Shown here: piece after piece, positions 11,326 through 21,583 of the stretch
Numbering within the stretch: position 1 is the first letter of the stretch
Layout of the letters: the number at the start of each line of letters is the position of its first letter
Origin: an uncultured Gemmatimonadales bacterium
Lineage (GTDB): Bacteria > Gemmatimonadota > Gemmatimonadetes > Gemmatimonadales > Gemmatimonadaceae
Length of the DNA: 64,000 nucleotides
Reading direction: 5' to 3'
Assembly: GCA_963701965.1 (NCBI GenBank)
Contig: OY969695.1
Span: 128,001-192,000, forward strand
Made by a program: the position numbers and the translations under genes
Notes under the pieces: model-generated
Databases searched by the model: none
What the model was told of the DNA's origin: nothing
The model's input: only the letters and a program-made list of their open reading frames with translations

Positions 11326-13748
11326 GCGGCGATTTTCCCATGCGTCCCGGTGGCCTGATCGCGCTCGCGCCGGCCGAGCCATGCCGCCGAAAAGACGCAG
11401 GCAGAGCAACGCTCCCGGCGCGACCACGATGCCGACCGCCTGAAGCACCGGAATGGGCGACGTGGCGAGCAGCGCGAACGACGCGACCGTCGTCAGATTG
11501 GCGAGCAGCAGCGAAGCGAGCGTGTCTTCGTCGACCGCTCGCTGCGTGCGCAGGTGATCGAAGAAGAGGGCGTAGTTCGAGCCGATCGCGACCGTCAGCA
11601 GCAGGCCGACCAGGTGCAGGATGCCGAGGGCGACGCCGGTCAGCGCCAGCGCCGCGAGCACGAGCAGCGTCGCCGCGGCGATCGGCAGCGCGACGGCGAC
11701 GAGGCGCGAGAAGCGCCTCAGCCGCAGCGCGAGCAAGCCGAGGACCGCGAGCGCGCCGAGCGCCGCCTGCCACTCGGCGGCGCCGAGGAAGCGCGCGTAG
11801 ATCGCATCGAGCTCGGCCTTGATGGCGACGACGCGGGCACCTGGAACGTCGGCGACCGCGTGGCGGATGGCTTCGGCGTCGAGCGGCCGGCCGCTCGCCC
11901 GGCTGCAGGTTGATGAGCGCGCGCCAGGGCCGGGTCGCGTCGCCCGTGACGCGCAGGGCATCGACGGCGACGCCGAGCGCGCTGCCGTCGAGGTCGCGGC
12001 GTTCGATCGGCGGCTCGCTTCGCGCGGCTGCGACATCGGCGATGAAGGGTGCTAGCCGCGCCGCGGGCAGCGGTCCGTCGACGGTCGCCTCGGCGAGCCG
12101 GCCGCGCAGGCTCTCGGCTGTCGGGCAGCGCGTCGCGCCGTCGCATCTGCGTCGCGATGCTCGGCAGGAGCCGCGCCGGCGAGTCGTAGCCTTGCAGGGC
12201 GCCGGCTGGCGACGAGCGTGTCGAGGCGTGTGCCGACGGCCTCGGCGGCCGCCAGCGCGCCTTGCTCGCTCGCCGCCGAGACGGCGACCAGCGTTCCCGC
12301 GTCGGCGGCGCCGAGGTCGGCACGCAGGGCCGCGTCGAGCGCGAGATCGGCGGCCGGAACCGGGCTGAGCGACGCCAGCTCGCCGCGCCAGGGCGAGGGC
12401 ACGACGGCGAGCGCGCCGACCGCCAGCGCTGCGAGCAGGACCACGGCGACCCGAGCGCGCGGCAGCAGCGCCGCGGCCGCGGCCATGAAGCGGCCGAGCT
12501 GGCGGCGAAAGCCGGCGCCCGGCGCGCCGTTCGGCGCGATCACCGGGAAGACGAAGCGCGTCGTCGCCGCCGCAGCGGCGAGGCCGGCGATCGAGAACAC
12601 GCCGAGCTGCGCCAGCCCGGGAAAGCCGGTGAAGAGGAGCGCGGCGAAGCCGATCAGCGAGGTGAAGAGGCCGAGCCGAACGGTCGGCCAGCTCTCGCGG
12701 CGCCAGCGCTCGCTCGAATCCCGGGCCGCCGCGCGCCTGGACCAGGAAGTAGATCGCGTAGTCGACCGCCTCGCCGATCAGCGTCGTGCCGAAGCCGAGC
12801 GTCATGCCGTGCACCTGGTCGAACGCCAGGCTGACCGCGGCGATGCCGGCGACGACCCCGGTCGCGACCGGCACCAGCGCGACCAGCAGTGCGCGCAGCG
12901 ACGCGAAGGCGAGCAGCAACAGAACGACGATGACCACCGAGCCGAGGAGGGCGAGCCGCTCGACCTCGGCCTTGATGCGCTCGCGCGATTCGACGGCGAA
13001 GCGGCCCGCGCCCGAGACCCGCAGGCGCAGGCCGGGCGAAGCGACCGCATCGAATGTCGAGCGGATCGCCGCCAGGGCGCGCTGCTGGCCGTCGAGGTCG
13101 GCGCCGTCGGCGCGGGTCGTCGCGAGCAGCAGCGCGCGCGGCGTCGTTCGCGCGACCCAGACGCCGTTCTCGATCTTCGGCGCGCGCGCCGGCGTCAGCG
13201 CCTCGGCGATGCGCACCGTCTCGCCGGTCGGGTCGCGAAAGAGGATCGGCTTGAGCAGCGAGCCTGCCGGCGTGCCGAGCAGCGCCACGGTCTCGTCGAT
13301 CGCAGCGCGCAGGCCGGTGACGCTGAAGCGCGCCGCGTCGACCGCCGGGCTCAGCAGATAACGGTGCTCGAACACGAAGTTGCCGGCGTCGGCCCAGGCG
13401 GCGCGCTCGCCGTTCTCGACCGAGGCGAACAGCCCGCTGGCGCGCAGCGCGGCGGCAAGCCGGCGCGATGTGTCGGCGCGCGCGGGAGCGGCGCCGCATC
13501 GCGTCGCCGTTCACGTCGGCGTTTGCCGGCGCGCCATCGATCGCGATCAGGATCAGGCGCGCGGTCGCGCCGTTCTTCAGCTGATCGAGCAGCACGGCCT
13601 GCTCGGGAGTAGGCGCGGCGGGGAGAAAGGCGGAGAGATCGGCGACGTAGTGGGCGCGCCAGGCGATCGCCAGACCGGCGACGAGCGCGCCGAGCCAGAG
13701 CGCCAGCGTCAGCGCGGCGCGCCGGCCGATCGGGGACGGCGCGGCCAT
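11322..13748 (-). CDS. MMPL/RND-family exporter of aryl-polyene/xanthomonadin clusters (multiple frameshifts; 3' end approximate)
   Basis: ADLSAFLP, LFRDPTGE, TLGFGTTLIGEAVDYAIY, FPGLAQLGVFSIAG, HLVGLLLTVAIGSNYALFF pieces across frames. Confidence 0.85.
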
Positions 13749-13752
13749 CGGC

Positions 13753-14390
13753 TCAGGGCGTGCCGGTGACCGGACTCGATCGTCATCACCGAGCGATCGC
13801 CGTCGGCGAGCAGGACCTGGACCTCGCGCACCGTCGCCTCGCGCCCGGAGAGTCGCAGCGACTGGACCTGGCCGCGCAGACGCAGGTCGCGCGGCACGAG
13901 CTCGAGCGTCCAGCGCTCGGGCGTGCCCGAGACCGTCGCCTCGAACAGGCGCTCGAGCGTGCCGCGGTTGCCGGTGAGCGTGCCGCGCACCGCCTCGACG
14001 ATCACCGACGCTTCGGGCGACGCGTCGAGCTGCATCGTCCGGCTGCGCTCGCCGAGCGTCATCGTCATGCGTGTTGCCGTCGACGGCGAGCTTCTCGTGG
14101 CGCGGCTTCAGCGTCTCGCGGATGAACGTGGTCGGGGGCGCGAAACGACAGTCGCCCCGACGACATCAGCGTCCGGTCGAGCATCTCGACGCGGCGTGTT
14201 TCGGTGAAGGTGGCCTCGCCGGATCGCGCCTGGCCGAGCAGCGCCATCAGCGCGCCGAGATCGAGCCCGGGCGCGGCAGCGGTCGCGCCGGCGAGCGCCA
14301 GCGTCGCGCCGGCGATCAGCCAGGCGCGGCGCAGGGCGCCGCGGCGCCGCTCAGGCCGGCCCTGGCAGGAGCTCGCGGGCGCTTCGGCAT
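13753..14390 (-). CDS. LolA-like periplasmic lipoprotein/lipid carrier (frameshifted; ends approximate)
   Basis: Signal peptide, ATFTETRRVEMLDRTLMSSGRLSFRAPD, RWTLELVP, DGDRSVMTI. Confidence 0.78.
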
Positions 14391-15326
14391 CGGCCCAGAA
14401 GTCGTAGAAGTTGAACCAGTTGTAGGGCGCCTCGCGGCACAGGCCTTCGAGCGTCGCGACGTAGCGCTCGAGCGCGGCCCGGATCGCGAGGTCGCGCGCC
14501 GCCGGCGGCGGACGCTTGCGTCTCGGCCGCGACGCCGAAGTCGGCGATCTCGATGAAGCGCAGGTCGTAGTCACGGCCGCCGCGATAGAGGCCGGCCATG
14601 AACACGACCTTCTGGCGCAGCATCGCCGCGAGCCGGAACGGGCCGTCGGAGAAGACCGCCGGCGCGCCGAGGAACGGCAGCGCGACCGACTTCGAGCGCT
14701 GCGAGTTGCCCGGCAGGGTGCGATCGGCGAGCAGGCCGGCGATGCCGCCGTCGTCGAGCCAGCGCCGGATCGCGAGCATGGCGTCGACGCGTCCGAGGCC
14801 GATCGTGTGCAGCTTGGCGCGCGGCGCCAGCGCCGCCAGCGTCTCGTTGATCAGGCGCGCGTTGTCTTCGTACATGATCATCGCCACCGCCAGGCCGCGC
14901 TCGTGGCCGATCATGCGCAGCGCCTCGAAGCTGCCGAGGTGGGCGCCGAAGGCGAGCACGCCGCGGCCCTCGGCCAGGCGCCGGTGCATCGCCTCGACGC
15001 CGCTGGCCGTGAAGGTGAACTCGTCGAAGCGCTCCTGCAGCAGGTAGACGCGATCGAGCACCATCGCGGCGAAGGTGAAGAGGTGGGTGTAGACGTCGCC
15101 CCAGGTCGCGGCTGCGGCCGAGCGCGCGCGAGAGATAGCGCGCCGAGTGATGCCGGGTCGACCGGTCGAGGCAGAAGAAGCAGACGATCGGATGAAGCAT
15201 CAGCCGCGCCGCGCGCCGCCCGGCGGTGACCGCGATCCAGCGCATGAGGCGCAGCTGCCACAGGCTGCTGCGCTCGCGCTGGCGCGCCCACGCGGTCGGC
15301 GGCGCGGTGCCGCTGCCGGCCTTCAC
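14351..15326 (-). CDS. LpxL-like acyltransferase (frameshifted)
   Basis: WARQRERS, VLDRVYLL, GAHLGSFEALR, GLLADR, PFLGAPAVFSDGPF, PYNWFNFYDFW. Confidence 0.82.
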
Positions 15327-15656
15327 GATGCGCTCCTCGGTGACGTCGGCGCGTGCGATCTCGCCGCTCGCGACAACGCGACCGGCCTCGTCGACGCGCC
15401 AGGCGAGCGAGCGAGCGCCGACGACGAACTCGAGCGCGAGCGTCGCGCCCGGACGGACGGCGCCGCTGAACTTGACCACCGACAGGCGTGGCGCATCGCC
15501 GAGCGACGCGCACAGAACCGGCTCGACACGCGCCGCTTCGAGCACTTCGGCGAGAAGGGCGACGCCGGGCAGGATCGGCTGCCCGGGGAAATGGCCGGCG
15601 AATGCCGGATGGTCGGGCGCGACCACGAACGTTCGCCGGAACGCCGCACCGTTCAT
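15323..15656 (-). CDS. FabA/FabZ-like dehydratase (ApeI-like)
   Basis: DHPAFAGHFPGQPILPGVALL, VKFSGAVRPG. Confidence 0.82.
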
Positions 15657-17012
15657 CGCCGGATCGCGCCGCTCTGCTGCGCCAGCTCGGCAAGGCGCGC
15701 CGCCGTCAGCTTGCCGGTGGTCTCGCGCGGCAGGGCCGGCGACGCGGACGATCCGGCGCGGCAGGAACGCGGCGTCGACGCGCTCGCGCAGCGCGGCGCC
15801 GATCTGCTCGTTCGACAGGCCCGGCGCGACGACGAAAGCCACCAGGCGGACGATGCCGAGCGCGTCGCCGCTCGTCTCGGGCGGCATCCAGAACGCGCCG
15901 TCGACGACGCCGTCGATCGAGTTGAGCTGGAAGTCGAGATGGCCGATCGAGCTGCGCTTGCCGGCGATGTTGATCAGGTCGTGGGTCCGGCCGAGCAGGC
16001 GGAAGGTATCGCCGCCGGTGACCTCGAGCACGTCGGCGAGCAGCGTCGGCTGCGGCACGTGGCCGCCGCTCACCGTGACCGCGTCGCCGTCGCCGGCGAG
16101 GCGGACGCCGTCGAGGGTCTGCCACTCGGCCCGGCAGTGGTTCGCCGCGACGCCACCTGGCCGGCCTCGGTGCAGCCGTAGATCTCGAGCAGCGGCGCGC
16201 CGAGGCGCGCCTCGGCCTCGGCCGCGAGCTGCGGCGCAAGCGGCGCGGTCGCGCACAGCACCAGCGTCAGCGGCGGCAGCGCCAGCTTCGCGTCGAGCAC
16301 CGTCCTGAGGTGAAACGGCGTCGTCACCAGCATGCGCGGCGCCGGCACGCGGCGCAGCGCCGCGGCGATGTCGGCGGGGAAGAACGGCCGGCTGGCGTCG
16401 AGGACGGCGCCGCCGTGAAGGGCGAGCAGCACGCTCGACTCGAAGCCGTACATGTGCTGCGGCGGCACGGTCGCGACCAGCGAGATGCCGGCCACGTCGG
16501 CGCGGCCCAGCGCCTCGGCCAGGCGACGCGCTTCGCTGCGGGCGTTGCTGGATCAGGAGGCCCCAGGGCTTGGCATGCGGCACCGGATCGCCGGTCGAGC
16601 CCGAGGTCAGCACATAGGCGGCGACGAAGTCGGGATCGATCTCGGGGATGGTGTCGATGCCGGCAACCTCGCCGTCGCGGTCGGCGTGCGTCACCGTCGT
16701 CAGGCCGTGACCGTCGTCGCCGTCCTCGACCAGCGCATAGACGCCGGCAAAGCGCGCGCGCAGGCGCGTCACCGTGTCGGCAACGTGGTTCGGCGGCAGC
16801 AGGCTGGTGTGGCCGCGCAGCAGCGCCGCGGCGAATCCGACCGCGAAGCGGTAGCGGTCGCTCGAGAGATTGAGCATCGCGCCGCTGGCGGGCAGCCGCT
16901 CGGCGAGCGCAACGGCGTCGGCAAGGAAGCGCCGGCGCGAGATCGCCCGTCCGGCACGGGTCGCGAACGCGGCGTCGAGGTCGCCCTCGGCGATGAGCGC
17001 GCTTTCAGTCAT
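15653..17012 (-). CDS. AMP-binding acyl/aryl-ACP ligase (XanA2/ApeH-like; frameshifted)
   Basis: LTSGSTGDP, ATVPPQHMYGFESS, EIYGCTEAG, LLGRTHDLINIAGKRSS, PRETTGKL. Confidence 0.85.
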
Positions 17013-17634
17013 GGGGCACGCCGCGGTCGGCATAGGCGCGCAACGCCTGGCTCAGCGTCGCCCGCTCGAACTCCGGGTGCAGTCGATAGCGCAGCAGGTA
17101 TTCGCCGACGAAGAGGGCGAGCATCGCCAGCGGCGTCGCCAGGTTCGCGAACGCCGCCCAGGTGGCGAAAGGCGCGAGCGCATAGAGGGCGAGCGACAGC
17201 GCGCCCATGGCGACGAAGTAGACCGTCCAGACGACGGTGACCTTGCGCGAATAGGCCGCCATCGCCGGCGTCAGCCCGCCGTGGACGCGGCGCGCCAGCG
17301 CGGTGATGAGCGACTCGCGGCCGCCGACCAGCGTCAGGCCGAACACGAACGCCAGCAGGACATGGATCGCGACGTGCTGGGCGACGAAGACCGTGCCCGG
17401 CGCAAGGCCGCCGCCTTGCCAAGCTTGCCACGCCAGCGCTGCCACCGCGAGGGCGGCCAGCGTCGCGAGCGGTCGCTGGCCGCGTTGCCAGGCGAGGAAG
17501 GCGGCCAGCGCCAGCATCGGCCCGACGATCGCGAGCGCGCTCCACGACGAGGTCGGCGCCCGCGTCATCAGCCAGTGCGAGGCGAGCACGTAGGCGATGC
17601 CTGCCGCTCCCGCTGCGAGGAGGCGGATGCGCAT
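17005..17634 (-). CDS. Integral membrane protein of xanthomonadin/APE clusters (ApeG-like)
   Basis: Multiple TM helices; FGLTL, ARRVHG, YSRKVTVVW, WAAFAN, FVGEYLLRYRLHP. Confidence 0.75.
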   Translation of the reverse strand: MRIRLLAAGAAGIAYVLASHWLMTRAPTSSWSALAIVGPMLALAAFLAWQRGQRPLATLAALAVAALAWQAWQGGGLAPGTVFVAQHVAIHVLLAFVFGLTLVGGRESLITALARRVHGGLTPAMAAYSRKVTVVWTVYFVAMGALSLALYALAPFATWAAFANLATPLAMLALFVGEYLLRYRLHPEFERATLSQALRAYADRGVPHD

Positions 17635-17640
17635 GGGCAG

Positions 17641-17910
17641 CTACCCCTGTCGGTTCGCGGCGATGTGGTCGGTCAGGCTCGCCAGCGACTTGAAGATGCG
17701 CACGTTGTCTTGGTCGTCCGAGCGAAGCTGGAAGCCGTAGCGCTGCGAGACGACGAGCGCGACCTCGAGGATGTCGATCGAGTCGAGGCCGAGGCCTTCG
17801 CCGTAGAGCGGCGCGTCGGGGTCGATCGATTCGGGAGCGATGTCGAGGTTGAGGGCCTCGACCAGGAGCGCGGCGATCTCGCTCTGCAGGGCGGTGTGGA
17901 CGGAGGTCAT
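17641..17910 (-). CDS. Acyl carrier protein
   Basis: LYGEGLGLDSIDILE with the phosphopantetheine Ser; 89 aa, acidic. Confidence 0.93.
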   Translation of the reverse strand: MTSVHTALQSEIAALLVEALNLDIAPESIDPDAPLYGEGLGLDSIDILEVALVVSQRYGFQLRSDDQDNVRIFKSLASLTDHIAANRQG

Positions 17911-17996
17911 GTCGGAGCGACGGGAAGCGGGAAGGCGGCGCGGAAAAGCCGGTCGAGTCTAGCAAACGGCCCTCGGCGCAGGCCTGCGCCGCCTAC

Positions 17997-18968
17997 TCAT
18001 TCGACGCGTGCGCCGGAGGCCTTCACGAGTGGCTCGTACTTGGCGTGCTCGCCCTTGACGAAAGCGGCGAAGCGCTCGGGCGACATCGGCATCGCCTCGG
18101 CGTAGAGGCCCGCCAGGCGGGCGCGCAGCTCGGCCGAGGCGAGGGCGTCGACGAACGCCTTGTTGAGCCGCGCCGTCGCCTCGGCTGGCAGGTGCGCCGG
18201 GGCGAAGATGCCGAACCAGGTGTCGATGTCGAACCGCGCCAGGCCGAGCCTGGCGCCGGCTTCGGCGATCGTCGGCACGTCGGGCATCGCGCTCGAGCGC
18301 TTGGCGGTCGTCACCGCCAGCGCCTTCAGCTTGCCGGCCTTGATGTTGGCCGATGCCGCGGCCAGGTTGTCGAAGTTGAGATCGACCTGGCCGGCGAGCA
18401 GCGCCAGCTGCGCCGGGTTGCCGCCGCCGTACGGGATGTGGACCATGTAGACCCCGGCCTGGGCCTTGAACATCTCGCCGGCGAGGTGGCCCGCGCTGCC
18501 GTTGCCGCCCGAGCCGTAGTTGAGCTTGCCCGGGTTCTTCTTCGCGTAGGCGACCAGGTCGGCGACGCTGGCGACGCCCAGCCGTCTCGCCGTCTCGGGG
18601 CTCATCACGAGCACGTTCGGGACGCGGGCGACGCCGGTGATCGGCGTGAAGTCGCGCAGCGGGTCGTAGGGCAGCTTCGCGTACAGCCAGGGGTTGATCG
18701 CGTGCGTCGCGACCGCGCCCATGACGATCGTCGTGCCGTCGGGCGCGGCCTTGGCGACGATGTCGGCACCGAGGTTGCCGCCCGCGCCGGCGCGGTTGTC
18801 GACGATGACGACGCCGAGGCTGTCCTTGACGCGCTCGGCCAGCGCCCGGGCGACGATGTCGAGCGGGCCGCCGGGCGGATACGGGACGACGAAGCGGATC
18901 GGCCTGCGCCTGCGCCCAGGCCGGCATGAGCGCGCCGAGCGTGGCCGCGGCGATCGTGCCGAGCGCAC
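17997..18968 (-). CDS. Bug/TctC tripartite tricarboxylate transporter substrate-binding protein (5' frameshift)
   Basis: IRFVVPYPPGGPLDIVAR, NRAGAGGNLG, YGSGGNGSAGHL, HIPYGGG. Confidence 0.9.
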   Translation of the reverse strand: MRSARSPRPRSARSCRPGRRRRPIRFVVPYPPGGPLDIVARALAERVKDSLGVVIVDNRAGAGGNLGADIVAKAAPDGTTIVMGAVATHAINPWLYAKLPYDPLRDFTPITGVARVPNVLVMSPETARRLGVASVADLVAYAKKNPGKLNYGSGGNGSAGHLAGEMFKAQAGVYMVHIPYGGGNPAQLALLAGQVDLNFDNLAAASANIKAGKLKALAVTTAKRSSAMPDVPTIAEAGARLGLARFDIDTWFGIFAPAHLPAEATARLNKAFVDALASAELRARLAGLYAEAMPMSPERFAAFVKGEHAKYEPLVKASGARVE

Positions 18969-18986
18969 CGCGCCGCCCCGAGGCGC

Positions 18987-19472
18987 TCAGAACTTCGGCT
19001 CCGGCACGCTGTCGTTGTCGCTCGGCGTGCAGTGCATCTTGAGGCGTCCGATCGAGCGATCGTTCACGTCCCGCATGTCGCCATCGAGCAAGGCCGTCTG
19101 CCGGTCGACCGAAATCCGCACCGTCTGCAGCTCGCGCAGGCCAGGACCCCAGACCAGGAGTGAGCCTCTGAGCCAATCGTAGTAGACGGCGCTGTTGGGC
19201 AGCGGCGCATGAAAGACCATCGAATAGAGCGCAGGCGTGATCTCCAGCTTCATCTTGTCGCCGACCGGCAAGATGTCGGAGCGCTGGATCAGCGCGAGCG
19301 AGCTGTTGCGCCGCAGGGCCAGATCGAGCTTGGCGTTCTTCGATTTGCCGCCGGCCTGGACCTGGCCGCTGCAATTCAGGTACACGCCGTACTCCTGCGC
19401 CACACCCGGCGCGACCACCAGCGCGGCCGTCGCGAAGACGGCCAGCCGGACAGACGCGGGAAGCACCTTCAC
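18987..19472 (-). CDS. Hypothetical secreted protein with two cysteines
   Basis: GTG 19472, signal peptide ending VA-QE, YLNCSG near the N-terminus and KMHCTP near the C-terminus. Confidence 0.65.
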   Translation of the reverse strand: MKVLPASVRLAVFATAALVVAPGVAQEYGVYLNCSGQVQAGGKSKNAKLDLALRRNSSLALIQRSDILPVGDKMKLEITPALYSMVFHAPLPNSAVYYDWLRGSLLVWGPGLRELQTVRISVDRQTALLDGDMRDVNDRSIGRLKMHCTPSDNDSVPEPKF

Positions 19473-19482
19473 TGCGAACGGC

Positions 19483-20295
19483 CTACTTTCCGACCTTCTT
19501 CGACGCAGCGGTTGTTCCGCCCTGCACCCCGAGCCCGCCACCCTCGCCGAGGCCGCCCTCGACGGTCTGCGCCTTGTACTGGCGCACCGCGATGACCAGC
19601 TTGTTGTAGGCGTCGAAGAAGGCGGCGCTGGCGAGCTTGCCTTCATCGGTGGTGGTGTAGGCGCTGCCGGCGAGCGCGCCGCTGCTGCCCAGGCCGATGC
19701 CGCCGAAGCCAAAGCTCGTGTTCTTCGAGTAGCCCTCGGCCGCGGCGAGTCGTACGGTCGATCGGATGTCGACCAGGGTCAGCACTGTGCCGACCTCGCT
19801 CGACTTCACGTTCAGGTTGCCGAGGACCGCGCCGGCCTTGCCGAACAGGCTACCGAGGCCCGCGCCACCCATCCGCGCCCCCTCGTTGTCCTTGTTCGCC
19901 ATCACTATCTCGGGCTTGAGCAGATAGTCGGCGACCACCTGCTGACCCTTGCCGCGCGTTCCGCTCTCGCGCGCCTCGTCGCTGCGGGCGCGCCGCGTCT
20001 CGTCGTTCAGGCTTTGCTCACCGGTTCCGCGCTCGACGACGACGAAGCAGTTGGACTGCAGGATCATCATGCTGAGCAGCGGGGCGCTCGAGCCGAGTCG
20101 GGGCCCGTAGTAGCGATACCACGGAGCCGTCGTGTCTTCCTGGATGCGCAACACGCCGAGCGTCTTGTTGCAGTGTTCCAGCGTGTCGCTGGCGCCTCCG
20201 CTGGCAGTGCCGGCCTGGCCGAAGGCGGCGGTCGTCGTGCCGAGGCAAAGGGTCAGGACGGCCGCGATCGAACCTCTGGATGCGTTCTTCCTCAT
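19483..20295 (-). CDS. CsgG/HfaB-family secreted protein
   Basis: LEHCNKTLG, MILQSNCFVVVERG, GQQVVADY, LTLVDIRSTVRLAAAEG, YTTTDEGK, AFFDAYNKLV; GGAG SD upstream. Confidence 0.75.
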   Translation of the reverse strand: MRKNASRGSIAAVLTLCLGTTTAAFGQAGTASGGASDTLEHCNKTLGVLRIQEDTTAPWYRYYGPRLGSSAPLLSMMILQSNCFVVVERGTGEQSLNDETRRARSDEARESGTRGKGQQVVADYLLKPEIVMANKDNEGARMGGAGLGSLFGKAGAVLGNLNVKSSEVGTVLTLVDIRSTVRLAAAEGYSKNTSFGFGGIGLGSSGALAGSAYTTTDEGKLASAAFFDAYNKLVIAVRQYKAQTVEGGLGEGGGLGVQGGTTAASKKVGK

Positions 20296-20417
20296 GGCGG
20301 GTCTCCCAGGAATCGCTCCATGTGGGGCCCAACGATGTTGCCAGAGAAGCCCTGCCAAAGCCATCTTTTGCCGCTTGCAAACTGGCGCTCTTCCGGGGGA
20401 GCGACGCTGCTCGGGTG

Positions 20418-21464
20418 CTAGCCCAACGGTCCGTGCTTGTCGGCCTCGGAGGTGAACGAATCGGCATAGAACTCGTCGTCCGGCAGGCCGCAACGGGCGA
20501 CGAAGTCGCGCTGCGCCGATTCGATCATGATCGGCGCGCCGCAGGCATAGACCTGGTGCTCCATCAGGCTCGGCAGGTCGTGCATCACCGCCTGGTGGAC
20601 CAGGCCGGTGCGACCATGCCAGTCGTCCTCGGCCTTGGGCTCGGAGAGCACCGGGATGTAGCGCAGGTGCGCCATGCGCTTGGTCGCTTCCTCGGCCCAC
20701 TCGTTCATGTAGAGATCGGCCCTGCTCCGGCAGCCCCAGTACAGGACGGCCTTTTTCTCGCTGCCCTTCCAGATCATGTGCTCGATGATTGCCTTGATCG
20801 GCGCGAAGCCGGTGCCCGACGCGAGCAGGACGATCGGCTTGGCGGAGTCCTCGTCGCGCAGGAAGAAGCTGCCGAACGGACCCTCGACGCGCAGGATGTC
20901 CTTTTCCTTCATCGCCGTGAAGACGTGGTCGGTGAACTTGCCGCCGGGCAGATGGCGCAGGTGCAGCTCGATCTGCGGCTTGTCGACGATCGTGTGCGGC
21001 GCGTTGGCCATCGAGTAGCTGCGCCGCGCGCCGTCGCGCAGGATGAACTCGACGTACTGGCCGGCGCGGTACTGGAACAGGTCGTTCGCCGGCAGCTGCA
21101 GCCGGAGCACGGCGACGTCGGGCGCGGGCTTGTCGATCGAGATGACGCGGCTCGGCAGCTTCCTGATCGCAAACTCGCCGGCGCCAGGCACAGTTCGCGC
21201 CTCGAGCACGACGTCGCTCTGCGGCGCCGCCTGGCAGCAGAGGATCAGGCCGGCGACTTCTTCCTCGTGGCTGAGCGCCTTCTGCTGATGTGCGCCATGG
21301 ATGACGCGGCCTTCGAGCATCCGGCACTTGCACGAGCCGCAGGCGCCGTCGCGGCAGCCATAGGGCAGGCCGATGCCCTGGCGGATCGCGGCGTGCAGGA
21401 TCGGCTCGTCGCGGTCGACGGTGAAGGTCTTGCCGCTCGGCTGGACGGTGACGGTGAAAGGCAT
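20418..21464 (-). CDS. 2Fe-2S/FAD/NAD oxidoreductase (CDP-6-deoxy-delta-3,4-glucoseen reductase family)
   Basis: PYGCRDGACGSCKC ferredoxin motif, RRSYSMAN, ASGTGFAP, VYACGAPIM. Confidence 0.9.
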   Translation of the reverse strand: MPFTVTVQPSGKTFTVDRDEPILHAAIRQGIGLPYGCRDGACGSCKCRMLEGRVIHGAHQQKALSHEEEVAGLILCCQAAPQSDVVLEARTVPGAGEFAIRKLPSRVISIDKPAPDVAVLRLQLPANDLFQYRAGQYVEFILRDGARRSYSMANAPHTIVDKPQIELHLRHLPGGKFTDHVFTAMKEKDILRVEGPFGSFFLRDEDSAKPIVLLASGTGFAPIKAIIEHMIWKGSEKKAVLYWGCRSRADLYMNEWAEEATKRMAHLRYIPVLSEPKAEDDWHGRTGLVHQAVMHDLPSLMEHQVYACGAPIMIESAQRDFVARCGLPDDEFYADSFTSEADKHGPLG

Positions 21465-21583
21465 GGGGGTCGGGACGAGGGCGTCGCGGGGCGCGTCGCC
21501 TAGACTCGGCCCGCGATTTTGCCCCGCGCCGGCGCCGACACGACCGGCGTGTCATTCGCAGCCGAGATTCACCCCGCTTCGCC

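Noticed and set aside
9686..13375. 1229 aa MMPL-methyltransferase 'fusion'
   Set aside because: The middle is off-frame Arg/Ala-rich nonsense; it is a chimera of three genes created by indels and the scarcity of stops at high GC
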